This document shows positions 1 to 8,074 of a stretch of DNA of 32,000 bases, piece by piece. Under the pieces are notes generated by a model, which did no database searches, had not been told where the DNA came from, and saw only the letters and a program-made list of their open reading frames with translations. Numbering within the stretch: the first letter of the stretch is position 1; each line of letters starts with the position of its first letter. Source of the DNA: an uncultured Prolixibacteraceae bacterium (GTDB lineage: Bacteria > Bacteroidota > Bacteroidia > Bacteroidales > FEN-979); assembly GCA_964429135.1 (NCBI GenBank), contig CAYSAU010000017.1, positions 23,538 to 55,537 of the forward strand, in the 5' to 3' direction. Made by a program: the position numbers and the translations under genes.

Positions 1-844
1 AATGCGGACGGGCAATGCGAAGAATAGGATGCATCCTGGATTTGGTGAATTTTGAACTGATGCGTGAGAATTTCAAAGGCGCTTTTAGAAATGACCGCCT
101 CAGGCTCTGGGATTGATCATCAAAATAATCTCCTTTGCCTGATTGTTCAAAGTAAAAAGCATAATAATTCTTTCCACTGCTGTAAAATAAAGAGGCAAGG
201 ATTTTATTGGATCCAATGGGAATACTGTCCACCAATATTTCTTCGTATACCACTTTAAACCCATCGCCTTTCTGCAGGCCGTAAAAATCAACAGTCCAAG
301 CATAAATATCAGCCATGTGCATCCCCAGGTTCATATCAAGTTTGCCTTCAGAAAAGGCATTCCAAAGAGAAGAAGTGATTTGTCCGCTGGCGGTCTTCAC
401 ACGGGTCGTGACCTTTTTTTTATCACGGTAAACCCTCAGGGAATCCCGGAAATCATAAACCACAAATTCAATTTCATTGAGTTCATAGATAAAATATAAG
501 GTTTTCCGGGTAGAATCCTTTTTCGAAATCCTGGCAAAAGGTTGACCTGCTTTCAGTTTTTTTACATCAAAAACAGAGGTGGTTGTCTTCGCGATCTTGT
601 CAATCATTTGTGCTGATACGTATGGTGATAACAGCAGCGCGAGGTTTTGGTTATGGGATACTTTCCCCTGGTGAATATCCAGGCTATCGATGTTAATTTT
701 ATAGGCCATATGAGGTTTTGGAGGCGTATGCGGAATGGGAGTCTTTTGATGGATAACAAAAAAATAAACCAAGAGAAAAAGAATGATGACAGAGACAAAG
801 GTAAACGCTACAACAGTGGTAAATTTGAAATGAATTCCTGACAT
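1..844 (-). CDS. M23 family metallopeptidase (peptidoglycan endopeptidase-like), N-terminal part only; the C-terminus lies beyond the left edge
   Basis: Not in the supplied ORF track because the frame is open to the window edge. Manual minus-strand translation from ATG (844..842) gives an uninterrupted 281-codon frame. It starts with an N-terminal TM anchor (MSGIHFKFTTVVAFTFVSVIILFLLVYFF). It ends ...SLRRSFLKAPLKFSRISSKFTKSRMHPILRIARPH, the RISSxF..R.HPI....R.H lead-in that precedes the HxGxD zinc site of M23 peptidases. It starts 5 nt after the phosphoesterase stop, so co-transcription is likely. Confidence 0.75.
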   Translation of the reverse strand, partial: MSGIHFKFTTVVAFTFVSVIILFLLVYFFVIHQKTPIPHTPPKPHMAYKINIDSLDIHQGKVSHNQNLALLLSPYVSAQMIDKIAKTTTSVFDVKKLKAGQPFARISKKDSTRKTLYFIYELNEIEFVVYDFRDSLRVYRDKKKVTTRVKTASGQITSSLWNAFSEGKLDMNLGMHMADIYAWTVDFYGLQKGDGFKVVYEEILVDSIPIGSNKILASLFYSSGKNYYAFYFEQSGKGDYFDDQSQSLRRSFLKAPLKFSRISSKFTKSRMHPILRIARPH

Positions 845-849
845 ATTGA

Positions 850-2007
850 TTAATTAAAAGAAAGGTTGATTTGTACTATTTCCGGCCTGTTTCCCAGTCG
901 GATAGGAGGTCCCCATGTGCCAAAACCAGTAGAAACGTAGATATGCGTTTTTCCAATTTGTTTATATCCCTGACTGACTTCATATATGGCAGATGTAATA
1001 TAATTCAACGGCCAAAGTTGCCCGTGGTGGGTATGACCCGACAACTGCAGATCAATGCCAAGGGCAGCGGATTGTTCCAAGTGAAAGGGCTGGTGGTCCA
1101 TCAGGATAACAGGGCGGGAGAGGTCTATTCCCTTCGTGAGAAAGGATAATTCTTTTCTGGGTTTTCCGGAGAATCTTGGTTTATCACGGTCATCCCGACC
1201 GATAAGGTAAAAACAATCATGGATGAGCAGGCAGGTATCTCGTAACATAGTAATTCCATGATTCGAGAGGTAGTTGATGGCAGATTCAGCGCCTCCGATA
1301 TATTCATGATTTCCGGGAATGGCAAAAACCCCTAAACGGCTTTTTATCCTTACCAGATCAGAACCCAGATCGTTGTGAATTACAGGAGCGAGATCTTCAT
1401 CTACCAGATCCCCGGCAAACAATACAATATCGGGTTGAAGCGCATTGATCGAGCTGACCAGACGACCAGCTTTACGATTGGCGATCAGGGTTCCCAGGTG
1501 AATGTCGGAGGCCATGACAATGTTGAGGGTTTTGTATCCCTCAACAGTTTTTTTGATGTGAAGGTTCAGTGTTTTTATCCTTGGTGTTCTTGCATTGATG
1601 AAGCCGGCCGCGACAATGACGGAGACCAGGATAACCGATGCCAAAAAAACCAACATCTTTGTTCTTGCGTAATCTGAGAAGAAAATCCGTGGGTAGCAAT
1701 GAAAAAAATGATTCACTACCCGGCTGATATCAAGAATCAGGACAATCAGAAAAAAATATAACATGAATGCCAGCCAGAATGACCCGATCCAGGTAATGAT
1801 CCCGGTAAACATACAGGGGCAGGTACGCTCGAGAATGCGGGCCAGGATAAAGGTCGATGCCATACTCCAGAACCCTATTGTAAACCATAATCTTCCGGAA
1901 CTTCCGGGGATAAACGCTTGCAGCCCGCGGATGAAAATGTAATAGTTGACCAGACCGTATATCAGGGTGACCAGGCTAAGGAAAATGATTAAAGCACTTA
2001 CTTTCAT
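850..2007 (-). CDS. Membrane-anchored metallophosphoesterase (calcineurin-like)
   Basis: 385-aa ORF with an ATG start. Several N-terminal TM helices are followed by ordered phosphoesterase motifs: MASDIHLG (DxH), AGDLVD (GDxxD), PGNHE (GNHE) and SGHTHHG (GHxH). Confidence 0.85.
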   Translation of the reverse strand: MKVSALIIFLSLVTLIYGLVNYYIFIRGLQAFIPGSSGRLWFTIGFWSMASTFILARILERTCPCMFTGIITWIGSFWLAFMLYFFLIVLILDISRVVNHFFHCYPRIFFSDYARTKMLVFLASVILVSVIVAAGFINARTPRIKTLNLHIKKTVEGYKTLNIVMASDIHLGTLIANRKAGRLVSSINALQPDIVLFAGDLVDEDLAPVIHNDLGSDLVRIKSRLGVFAIPGNHEYIGGAESAINYLSNHGITMLRDTCLLIHDCFYLIGRDDRDKPRFSGKPRKELSFLTKGIDLSRPVILMDHQPFHLEQSAALGIDLQLSGHTHHGQLWPLNYITSAIYEVSQGYKQIGKTHIYVSTGFGTWGPPIRLGNRPEIVQINLSFN

Positions 2008-2035
2008 AAAATATTCCCGGCTTGAATTATTGCTG

Positions 2036-2074
2036 CAAAGATACTTTTTCGATGCTGATTATTTTTTAAATTTG
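2036..2074. promoter_or_regulatory. Divergent candidate Bacteroidota -7 boxes
   Basis: CAAAGATA at 2036..2043 is the reverse complement of TAnnTTTG and lies 28 nt upstream of the minus-strand ATG at 2007. TAAATTTG at 2067..2074 fits TAnnTTTG and lies 31 nt upstream of the ATG at 2106. No clear -33 TTTG partner is present for either. Confidence 0.35.
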
Positions 2075-2105
2075 AACAGATTAACCAACACTAAATTCTT
2101 TGGTC

Positions 2106-3836
2106 ATGAATTCTGGGTTCTTTTTGACTTGGATTGATTATGTCATCATGATTGTTTATTTCGTTTTTGTGCTTGGTATCGGATGGGCCTTGAAACGGTT
2201 TATGAATACTGCCAATGCCTTTTTGGAAGCAGGACGTGCGATGCCTGCCTGGGTGGCTGGACTAGCTTTTATTTCTACAAACCTCGGCGCTTTAGAAGTG
2301 ATGGGTATGACGGGGTCAGGCGCTAAATACGGTATGCTTACCGCACATTTCTATTGGGTGGGGGCCATCCCTGCCATGGTTTTTCTGGCCCTCTTTATGA
2401 TGCCTTTTTACTACGGATCAAAAGCCAGATCCGTGCCAGAATACCTTAAACTAAGGTTCGATGAAAAAACCAGGGGTTTGAATGCTATACTGTTTGCCCT
2501 GATGACTATCCTCGCTTCCGGAATATCCATGTACGCCCTTGCCATTCTCCTGGAAAAAGTTCTTGGATGGAATTTCCATCTCAGCCTGATTTTATCTGCC
2601 GCCATTGTATTAGCATACACTTACCTGGGAGGACTTTCATCCGCCATCTATAATGAAGTTTTGCAATTTTTTATCATTGTTATCGGCCTATTGCCGGTCG
2701 TGATTCTGGCGCTATCTGATCTTGGAGGCTGGACTGGGATGAAAGAGCAGCTCTCACCCATAGTCGCGGAAAAAGGTTTTGCCCCTGATACCTGGACCAC
2801 TACCTGGAAATATACTGCCAGTGCAGCGTCCAATCCCCTGGGCGTGGAATGGTATGGCATCTTTGCAGGACTTGGATTTGTTCTTTCCTTCGGATATTGG
2901 TGTACGAACTTTCTGATCGTTCAACGTGCGATGTCAGCCGAATCACCGACCGCTGCCAGAAATACTCCACTTATCGGAGCCCTTCCGAAAATGTTTATTC
3001 CTTTTCTGATCATCGTTCCGGGTATTGCCGCCCTTGTGCTCCTGAATAAACCCGGGAGCGGTTTTTCCTTACCGGAAATTTCTCCCGGGCAATATAATTA
3101 TGATTATACCATCATCGCTTTGTTGAAGCAATACCTTCCGGCTGGTGTGCTCGGACTGGGGATTACAGCACTGCTGGCTTCATTCATGTCAGGTATGGCC
3201 GGAAATGTTTCTGCCTTTAATACGGTTTGGACTTACGATATATACCAGAGCTATATTCGCCCGTCCACAAATAAGAAAGAATCCGATGAGAAACATTATC
3301 TGCTGGTGGGCAGAATGGCAACGATTTTCGGGGTGGTGGTAAGCATAGCTGCAGCATATCTGGCAAGCCTTTTCGGAAATATTATGGATTTCCTGCAAAC
3401 CATTTTTTCCATGATCAATGCCCCCTTGTTTGCTGTTATTTTTTTGGGAATGTTCTGGAAAAGAACAACCGGACATGGCGCTTTTATCGGTTTGCTTTCA
3501 GGATTTATCATCGCCCTGTTACATCATGGCCTAACGGCTCCGCAAGGAGCAATCACACTCGTGAAAGGGGGATGGATCAGTCAACTTTATATTTATCCGG
3601 TCGAAATGGCCCAGAATTTCTGGACAGCTATCTTTGCCTTTACTTCTGCCACTGTTCTAACTATCGTCATCTCCTGCTCGACAAAACAACTGAAATCAGA
3701 TGAAGATCTTAAAGGCCTTGTCTATTCACTTACACCGAAATACAGGGAAGAACATGTGAACTGGTACTATCGTTCTTCCACACTTGCCGCGATTGTACTG
3801 ACTATAGCCATACTTCTAACGATATTATTCTGGTGA
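2106..3836 (+). CDS. Sodium:solute symporter family (SSS/SLC5) transporter; substrate unknown
   Basis: The track ORF opens at a TTG (2100); the first ATG is at 2106. The protein is about 576 aa and polytopic (roughly 13 hydrophobic segments). Its length and glycine-rich helices (AFISTNLGALEVMG, GGLSSAIYNEVLQ) are typical of the SSS family. Confidence 0.85.
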   Translation: MNSGFFLTWIDYVIMIVYFVFVLGIGWALKRFMNTANAFLEAGRAMPAWVAGLAFISTNLGALEVMGMTGSGAKYGMLTAHFYWVGAIPAMVFLALFMMPFYYGSKARSVPEYLKLRFDEKTRGLNAILFALMTILASGISMYALAILLEKVLGWNFHLSLILSAAIVLAYTYLGGLSSAIYNEVLQFFIIVIGLLPVVILALSDLGGWTGMKEQLSPIVAEKGFAPDTWTTTWKYTASAASNPLGVEWYGIFAGLGFVLSFGYWCTNFLIVQRAMSAESPTAARNTPLIGALPKMFIPFLIIVPGIAALVLLNKPGSGFSLPEISPGQYNYDYTIIALLKQYLPAGVLGLGITALLASFMSGMAGNVSAFNTVWTYDIYQSYIRPSTNKKESDEKHYLLVGRMATIFGVVVSIAAAYLASLFGNIMDFLQTIFSMINAPLFAVIFLGMFWKRTTGHGAFIGLLSGFIIALLHHGLTAPQGAITLVKGGWISQLYIYPVEMAQNFWTAIFAFTSATVLTIVISCSTKQLKSDEDLKGLVYSLTPKYREEHVNWYYRSSTLAAIVLTIAILLTILFW

Positions 3837-3911
3837 AAAATTGTATTATATAACGTTGTTATCTAAGTACCTTATTACCATTTTTTAGAAATATCATAAC
3901 ATCAAATTAAA

Positions 3912-4175
3912 ATGGGCATTGACATCAAGTTTCCGATCGGATTAATGTTCTCAATTTTGGGACTCTTACTTACTTTTTTCGGCATTTTTACCCATGCCGA
4001 TCAGGATCTCTATTATCGTTCATTAGGCATCAATGTGAACCTTTGGTCGGGTATCGGAATGCTGGTATTTGGCCTGATTATGCTGTTACTTGCATTTTTT
4101 ACACGAAAGAAAAAAAATACAGGATATGAAATCAATCCAAAGGGCGTTTTTAAAGACACGGATCGGTTATCTTGA
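3912..4175 (+). CDS. Small two-TM membrane protein (hypothetical)
   Basis: 87-aa ORF with two clear hydrophobic helices (FPIGLMFSILGLLLTFFGIF; LWSGIGMLVFGLIMLLLAFF) followed by a basic tail (TRKKKN). Its 3' end overlaps the likely ogt start by 50 nt. Confidence 0.5.
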   Translation: MGIDIKFPIGLMFSILGLLLTFFGIFTHADQDLYYRSLGINVNLWSGIGMLVFGLIMLLLAFFTRKKKNTGYEINPKGVFKDTDRLS

Positions 4176-4617
4176 AGTAATTGCTTCAGAGAAGGGGATC
4201 AAGGCTTTATCCTTTGTTAATTTCCGGGTCAGGATAACAAGGGTACCTCACGCACTCCGGGATTGTACCGATCAGTTGGAAGAGTATTTTCAGGGGACCA
4301 GGCAATCTTTTTCTCTCCCCCTGGATCTGGTTGGTACTCCTTTCCAGGAGAAAGTCTGGTTGGAAACCCTTAAAATCCCATACGGAGAAACCATATCCTA
4401 TATAGATCTGGCAAAAAAGATGGAAAACCCCAAAGCACTCAGGGCTGTTGGCGGTGCCAACGGAAGTAACCCGGTCTCTATTATCGTCCCCTGTCATAGG
4501 GTGATCGGAAAAGATGGTAAACTCTTGGGTTATGCCGGTGGCTTGTGGCGCAAGAAATGGTTGCTTGAACATGAGCATGCCTTTGCTCAACGTGATCTTT
4601 TCTATGGGAAGTACTAA
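4126..4617 (+). CDS. ogt: Methylated-DNA-[protein]-cysteine S-methyltransferase
   Basis: Active-site PCHRV is at 4489..4503 within IIVPCHRVIG. The upstream YGETISYIDLA...RAVGGANGSNP helix-turn-helix/Asn-hinge region is present. Start is assigned to the internal ATG at 4126 (MKSIQRAFLKTRIGYLEV), since the track ORF start at 4090 adds a non-conserved extension. Confidence 0.9.
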   Translation: MKSIQRAFLKTRIGYLEVIASEKGIKALSFVNFRVRITRVPHALRDCTDQLEEYFQGTRQSFSLPLDLVGTPFQEKVWLETLKIPYGETISYIDLAKKMENPKALRAVGGANGSNPVSIIVPCHRVIGKDGKLLGYAGGLWRKKWLLEHEHAFAQRDLFYGKY

Positions 4618-4627
4618 TACTCATTCT

Positions 4628-4715
4628 CAGTTAGCATTTTAAACATATTGTACCGTCAAACCACGAACAGAAGGGTTTCACTGATTCCTGCCCTAAAGGA
4701 GTAAAATGCTAACTG
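4628..4715. other. 88-nt structured element closed by a perfect 14-bp inverted repeat
   Basis: CAGTTAGCATTTTA (4628..4641) is the exact reverse complement of TAAAATGCTAACTG (4702..4715). The 60-nt interior can form two further stems: GTCAAACC/GGTTTCAC (4655..4662 with 4674..4681, one mismatch) and TTCCT/AGGAG (4685..4689 with 4697..4701, one G-U pair). It lies between ogt and the arsR1 promoter. Confidence 0.45.
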
Positions 4716-4772
4716 GATTATCTGGTCAACTCTTAAATTTCACAAAAAAATATCAAAGTGTTAAAATTTTTG

Positions 4773-4805
4773 TATTTTTGTTTCGTTATTCTACGAAATA
4801 CAAAA
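4773..4805 (+). promoter_or_regulatory. Candidate arsR1 promoter -7 box overlapping an imperfect palindrome (putative ArsR operator)
   Basis: TATTTTTG at 4773..4780 fits TAnnTTTG. The palindrome is TTTCGT (4781..4786), a 6-nt spacer, then ACGAAA (4793..4798). It is extended by TTTTG (4776..4780) pairing with CAAAA (4801..4805), with a 2-nt bulge. It ends 3 nt before the ATG at 4809. Confidence 0.45.
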
Positions 4806-4808
4806 TAT

Positions 4809-5117
4809 ATGAGCACGAAAAGAAAATATTATACTGAATCCCAGGAGAAAATGTCCCGGTATGCGAAAGCCATTGCGCATCCGGCAAGGGTCTATATCCT
4901 AGACTTCCTTGCCGATAACATGGATAAGTGTTGTTACAGCGGCGACATGGCTGAAGATATCCCTATTGCCCGATCAACCCTTTCAGAACATCTGAAGGCA
5001 TTGAAGGAGGCTGGCCTCATCCAGGGAGAAATCAATCCTCCTTATATCAAATATTGTATCAACAAAACCAATTGGGATGAGGCCAGGGAGATGTTTGAGG
5101 ATTTTTTCGGAAAATGA
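4809..5117 (+). CDS. arsR: ArsR/SmtB family metalloregulator (paralog 1)
   Basis: Winged-HTH core AHPARVYILDFL...IARSTLSEHLKALKEAGLI. A vicinal Cys pair (DKCCYSGD) sits at the position of the As(III)-binding CxC of type-1 ArsR. Start is assigned to ATG 4809; the track ORF start at 4758 adds a hydrophobic junk extension. Confidence 0.85.
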   Translation: MSTKRKYYTESQEKMSRYAKAIAHPARVYILDFLADNMDKCCYSGDMAEDIPIARSTLSEHLKALKEAGLIQGEINPPYIKYCINKTNWDEAREMFEDFFGK

Positions 5118-5148
5118 GATGATTTGAAGATTTAAAAACTAATTAGAT

Positions 5149-5382
5149 ATGGAAATAAAAATATTAGGCACGGGCTGTCCTAAATGCAAGACACTGGATA
5201 AACTCACCCACGAAGTGGTTGAAAAAAATAACATTGACGCCACCATTACAAAAGTGGAAGACATTATGGAAATCATGAAGTACGGGGTCATGTCAACGCC
5301 TGCACTGGTGGTTGATGGCAAAGTAATCCTTAAGGGACGTGTTCCTTCAGCAGAGGAAATCAAACAACTATTAACCAAATAA
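5149..5382 (+). CDS. Small thioredoxin-fold protein (redox-active disulfide protein 2 type)
   Basis: 77 aa, MEIKILGTGCPKCKTL... with a CPKC redox motif near the N-terminus and the STPALVVDGK cis-Pro region. This matches the small Trx-like proteins commonly found beside ArsR-regulated permeases. Confidence 0.85.
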   Translation: MEIKILGTGCPKCKTLDKLTHEVVEKNNIDATITKVEDIMEIMKYGVMSTPALVVDGKVILKGRVPSAEEIKQLLTK

Positions 5383-5392
5383 AACGATTAAA

Positions 5393-5824
5393 ATGAGAAG
5401 AATTATCATTTTTTTTATGGCATTGGTCGTAGCAACCGGCATTTATGCTTGCACAGGTAGCTCATCCAACAATTTAAACGAAGCAGCATATATTGCTCCT
5501 GATAAAAAGATTGAGGTTTTCTATTTTCACTTTACCCGTCGGTGTATGACATGCAACAACGTGGAGAAAGTGTCCAAGGAGGCTGTTGAAAAACAGTTTG
5601 CAGCACAGGTGAAAAGGGGCGAGATTACATTTACAAGTGTCAACCTTGACGAAAAAGATGGTCAAGCAATAGGTGCAAAGTATAAAGTCGAAGGACAATC
5701 ACTGATCATCATTTCCGGTGATAAACGTGTTGACCTTACCGATAAGGGATTTATGTACGCTAACAACAGCCCGGAGAAACTGAAAGCGGAGATAAAGACA
5801 GCGGTGGAAGGCATGATGAAATAA
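5393..5824 (+). CDS. Periplasmic thioredoxin-like CxxC lipoprotein (ArsF-like family naming in public annotation)
   Basis: Lipoprotein signal MRRIIIFFMALVVATGIYAC (Cys+1). A single CxxC motif is present (FTRRCMTCNN). The size is 143 aa. I recall similar proteins being annotated as the ArsF family, but I cannot verify that here. Confidence 0.65.
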   Translation: MRRIIIFFMALVVATGIYACTGSSSNNLNEAAYIAPDKKIEVFYFHFTRRCMTCNNVEKVSKEAVEKQFAAQVKRGEITFTSVNLDEKDGQAIGAKYKVEGQSLIIISGDKRVDLTDKGFMYANNSPEKLKAEIKTAVEGMMK

Positions 5825-5909
5825 TTAAAAGATATGGTGATGTGAAAATGATTTGTTCATTTAATCAACACTGCTACATCTCAATAAGCAATCATTAAAT
5901 CGTCAAATT

Positions 5910-6608
5910 ATGCAATGGTTACAAACCCTATTGGAAAATTCTCAATATGCAGCGCTTACAGCATTTATCCTGGGCTTGATGACGGCCATCAGCCCTTGTC
6001 CCTTGGCGACCAATATTTCTGCCATCGGTTTCATTAGCAGGGATATTGAAAACCGCAGACGGGTATTTGTCAAAGGCTTGGTTTACACGCTGGGACGTGC
6101 AGTTTCATATACAGGTCTGGGGTTTGTTTTGTTTTTTGGTGCAAGTAAAATGCATGTTACAATGCTTTTTCAGGGATGGGGTGAGAAAATCCTTGGGCCA
6201 TTGCTGATCATCATCGGATTGTTGATGCTCGATCTCATCAGGATAAAATTTCCCGGATTTTCAGGATTGACAGAAAAAATGGGAGAACACAGCAAACACA
6301 GCTACTGGGGAACATTGATGTTAGGAATGGTCTTTGCCATGGCATTTTGCCCTTACAGCGGCGTGCTCTACTTTGCCATGCTCATACCCATGACAATAAC
6401 CAGCGTAAGTGGACTGTATTTGCCAGTTGTCTTTGCCATTGCAACCGGGCTTCCTGTGATCATTTTTGCATGGTTGCTTGCCTATGCAGTAGGGAATGTA
6501 GGGAAACTATACAACCAGATTAAAACTTTCGAACTTTGGTTCCGCAGAGTTGTTGCTGTTCTATTCATTTTGGTGGGGATCTATTATATCTTGATTTTTC
6601 TGATCTAA
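5910..6608 (+). CDS. CcdA/DsbD-like transmembrane thiol-disulfide transporter (ArsG-like family naming in public annotation)
   Basis: 232 aa with about 6 TM helices. One Cys lies in each half within Pro-containing TM motifs (AISPCPLATN and AFCPYSGV), as in the CcdA/DsbD-beta electron-transfer core. Confidence 0.7.
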   Translation: MQWLQTLLENSQYAALTAFILGLMTAISPCPLATNISAIGFISRDIENRRRVFVKGLVYTLGRAVSYTGLGFVLFFGASKMHVTMLFQGWGEKILGPLLIIIGLLMLDLIRIKFPGFSGLTEKMGEHSKHSYWGTLMLGMVFAMAFCPYSGVLYFAMLIPMTITSVSGLYLPVVFAIATGLPVIIFAWLLAYAVGNVGKLYNQIKTFELWFRRVVAVLFILVGIYYILIFLI

Positions 6609-6639
6609 AGATGTTAAAATTCGAAGATATAAGCCTGTA

Positions 6640-6647
6640 TATATTTG
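6640..6647 (+). promoter_or_regulatory. Possible internal -7 box ahead of the permease gene
   Basis: TATATTTG fits TAnnTTTG and lies 16 nt before the ATG at 6664. It sits in the loop of a 7-bp inverted repeat, AAGATAT (6624..6630) with ATATCTT (6651..6657). Confidence 0.3.
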
Positions 6648-6663
6648 ATAATATCTTGCAATT

Positions 6664-7983
6664 ATGGAATTTAAGAAAGAAATAAAAATTCTGGGATGGT
6701 TGTTGGTGGGATTTTTGGCAGTGTTTTTTTTACCGTTGGGAAATCAAGTATTCAACACGGCTATTGATGCTACTCTGGACCTTTCCAAATGGTACGCTCG
6801 GGAGCATGTGGTGCTTTGCCTGCTGCCGGCTTTTTTGATTGCCGGGGTGATCTCAGTGTTTGTCAGCCAGGCCTCCGTGATCAAATACTTCGGAGCTAAA
6901 GCAAAAAAATGGGTAGCCTATACCGTGGCAGCGGTTTCTGGAACCATTCTGGCTGTTTGTTCCTGCACGATTTTACCCTTATTCTCCAGCATTCATAAAC
7001 GGGGAGCCGGATTAGGACCCGCCATCGCCTTTCTTTATTCAGGTCCGGCCATCAATATCCTGGCCATCATCCTTACAGCCAGGATTTTAGGATTTGAACT
7101 TGGTCTTGCCCGGGTGATTGGCGCTGTTCTCTTCAGTGTTATCATAGGATTGATCATGGCCTTCATATACCGGAAAGAAGAAAGAACGAAGGCAGAAGAA
7201 CAAATGAATTTCCCGGATATTCCGGAAACCCGTCCGCTTTGGCAAACTTCTTCCTTCTTTTTCACACTGGTACTGATACTGGTATTTGCCAACTGGGGAA
7301 AACCTGAGGCGGGAGAGACCACTGGGTTATGGTACCAGATATGGCACCTCAAATGGTTCATCACCGGGGCGTTCGGACTGATTCTGGGGGTTATTATGGT
7401 GACGGTATTGAAGCTGAAAAGCTGGCAGGTTGCCATGGCTGTTGTAGCTACCGGATTGACAGCCCTGCTTTTTCAAAACCCGATGATCTCTATGGTAAGT
7501 GGTATCGCGGCTGTAAGCATCATCAGTTTATTGGACAAGGCTCCAGAAAGTGAAAACCGTGAATGGATCCTTTCAAGCTGGGGATTTACCAAACAGATTG
7601 TTCCCCTGCTGGCTATCGGGGTAGTGATCGCCGGGTTTCTCCTGGGATCGACTCACGATGATGTGAGCATCCCCGGAGTGATCCCTAACACCTGGGTGGC
7701 CTGGCTGGTAGGAGGTAACTCCCTTTGGGCAAACCTATCTGCTTCCGTTATAGGGGCGTTCATGTATTTTGCCACCCTTACCGAAGTGCCTATTTTGCAA
7801 GGACTTATCGCTTCGGGGATGGGAAAAGGACCGGCACTGGCGCTGTTGTTGGCCGGACCTTCATTGTCGCTGCCCAATATGCTGGTGATCAGGGGGGTGA
7901 TTGGCATGCAAAAAACATTGGTATATGTAGTGACGGTGATTGTTCTATCGACGGTTGCAGGGTTGATTTTTGGAATGGTATAA
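6664..7983 (+). CDS. UPF0718/ArsP-like permease
   Basis: 439-aa polytopic membrane protein. It has the intramembrane vicinal cysteine motif AVCSCTILPLF that is characteristic of the predicted-permease family containing the organoarsenical exporter ArsP. A central cytoplasmic loop (YRKEERTKAEEQ) separates two repeat halves. Confidence 0.75.
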   Translation: MEFKKEIKILGWLLVGFLAVFFLPLGNQVFNTAIDATLDLSKWYAREHVVLCLLPAFLIAGVISVFVSQASVIKYFGAKAKKWVAYTVAAVSGTILAVCSCTILPLFSSIHKRGAGLGPAIAFLYSGPAINILAIILTARILGFELGLARVIGAVLFSVIIGLIMAFIYRKEERTKAEEQMNFPDIPETRPLWQTSSFFFTLVLILVFANWGKPEAGETTGLWYQIWHLKWFITGAFGLILGVIMVTVLKLKSWQVAMAVVATGLTALLFQNPMISMVSGIAAVSIISLLDKAPESENREWILSSWGFTKQIVPLLAIGVVIAGFLLGSTHDDVSIPGVIPNTWVAWLVGGNSLWANLSASVIGAFMYFATLTEVPILQGLIASGMGKGPALALLLAGPSLSLPNMLVIRGVIGMQKTLVYVVTVIVLSTVAGLIFGMV

Positions 7984-8074
7984 GATTAACAGGCTGAAAT
8001 TGCTTAACATGTGTTCATTACCAAGCTGAGGATGAATCAATTGAAAAATTAACCGTTATATATATCAATCACAT

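Noticed and set aside
4628-4715. Interpreting the 14-bp inverted-repeat element as a tRNA, an intrinsic terminator or a MITE
   Set aside because: There is no GTTCRA T-loop or cloverleaf. The 60-nt interior and missing U-tract argue against a simple terminator. There is no flanking direct duplication and no second copy in the window, so it is left unassigned.
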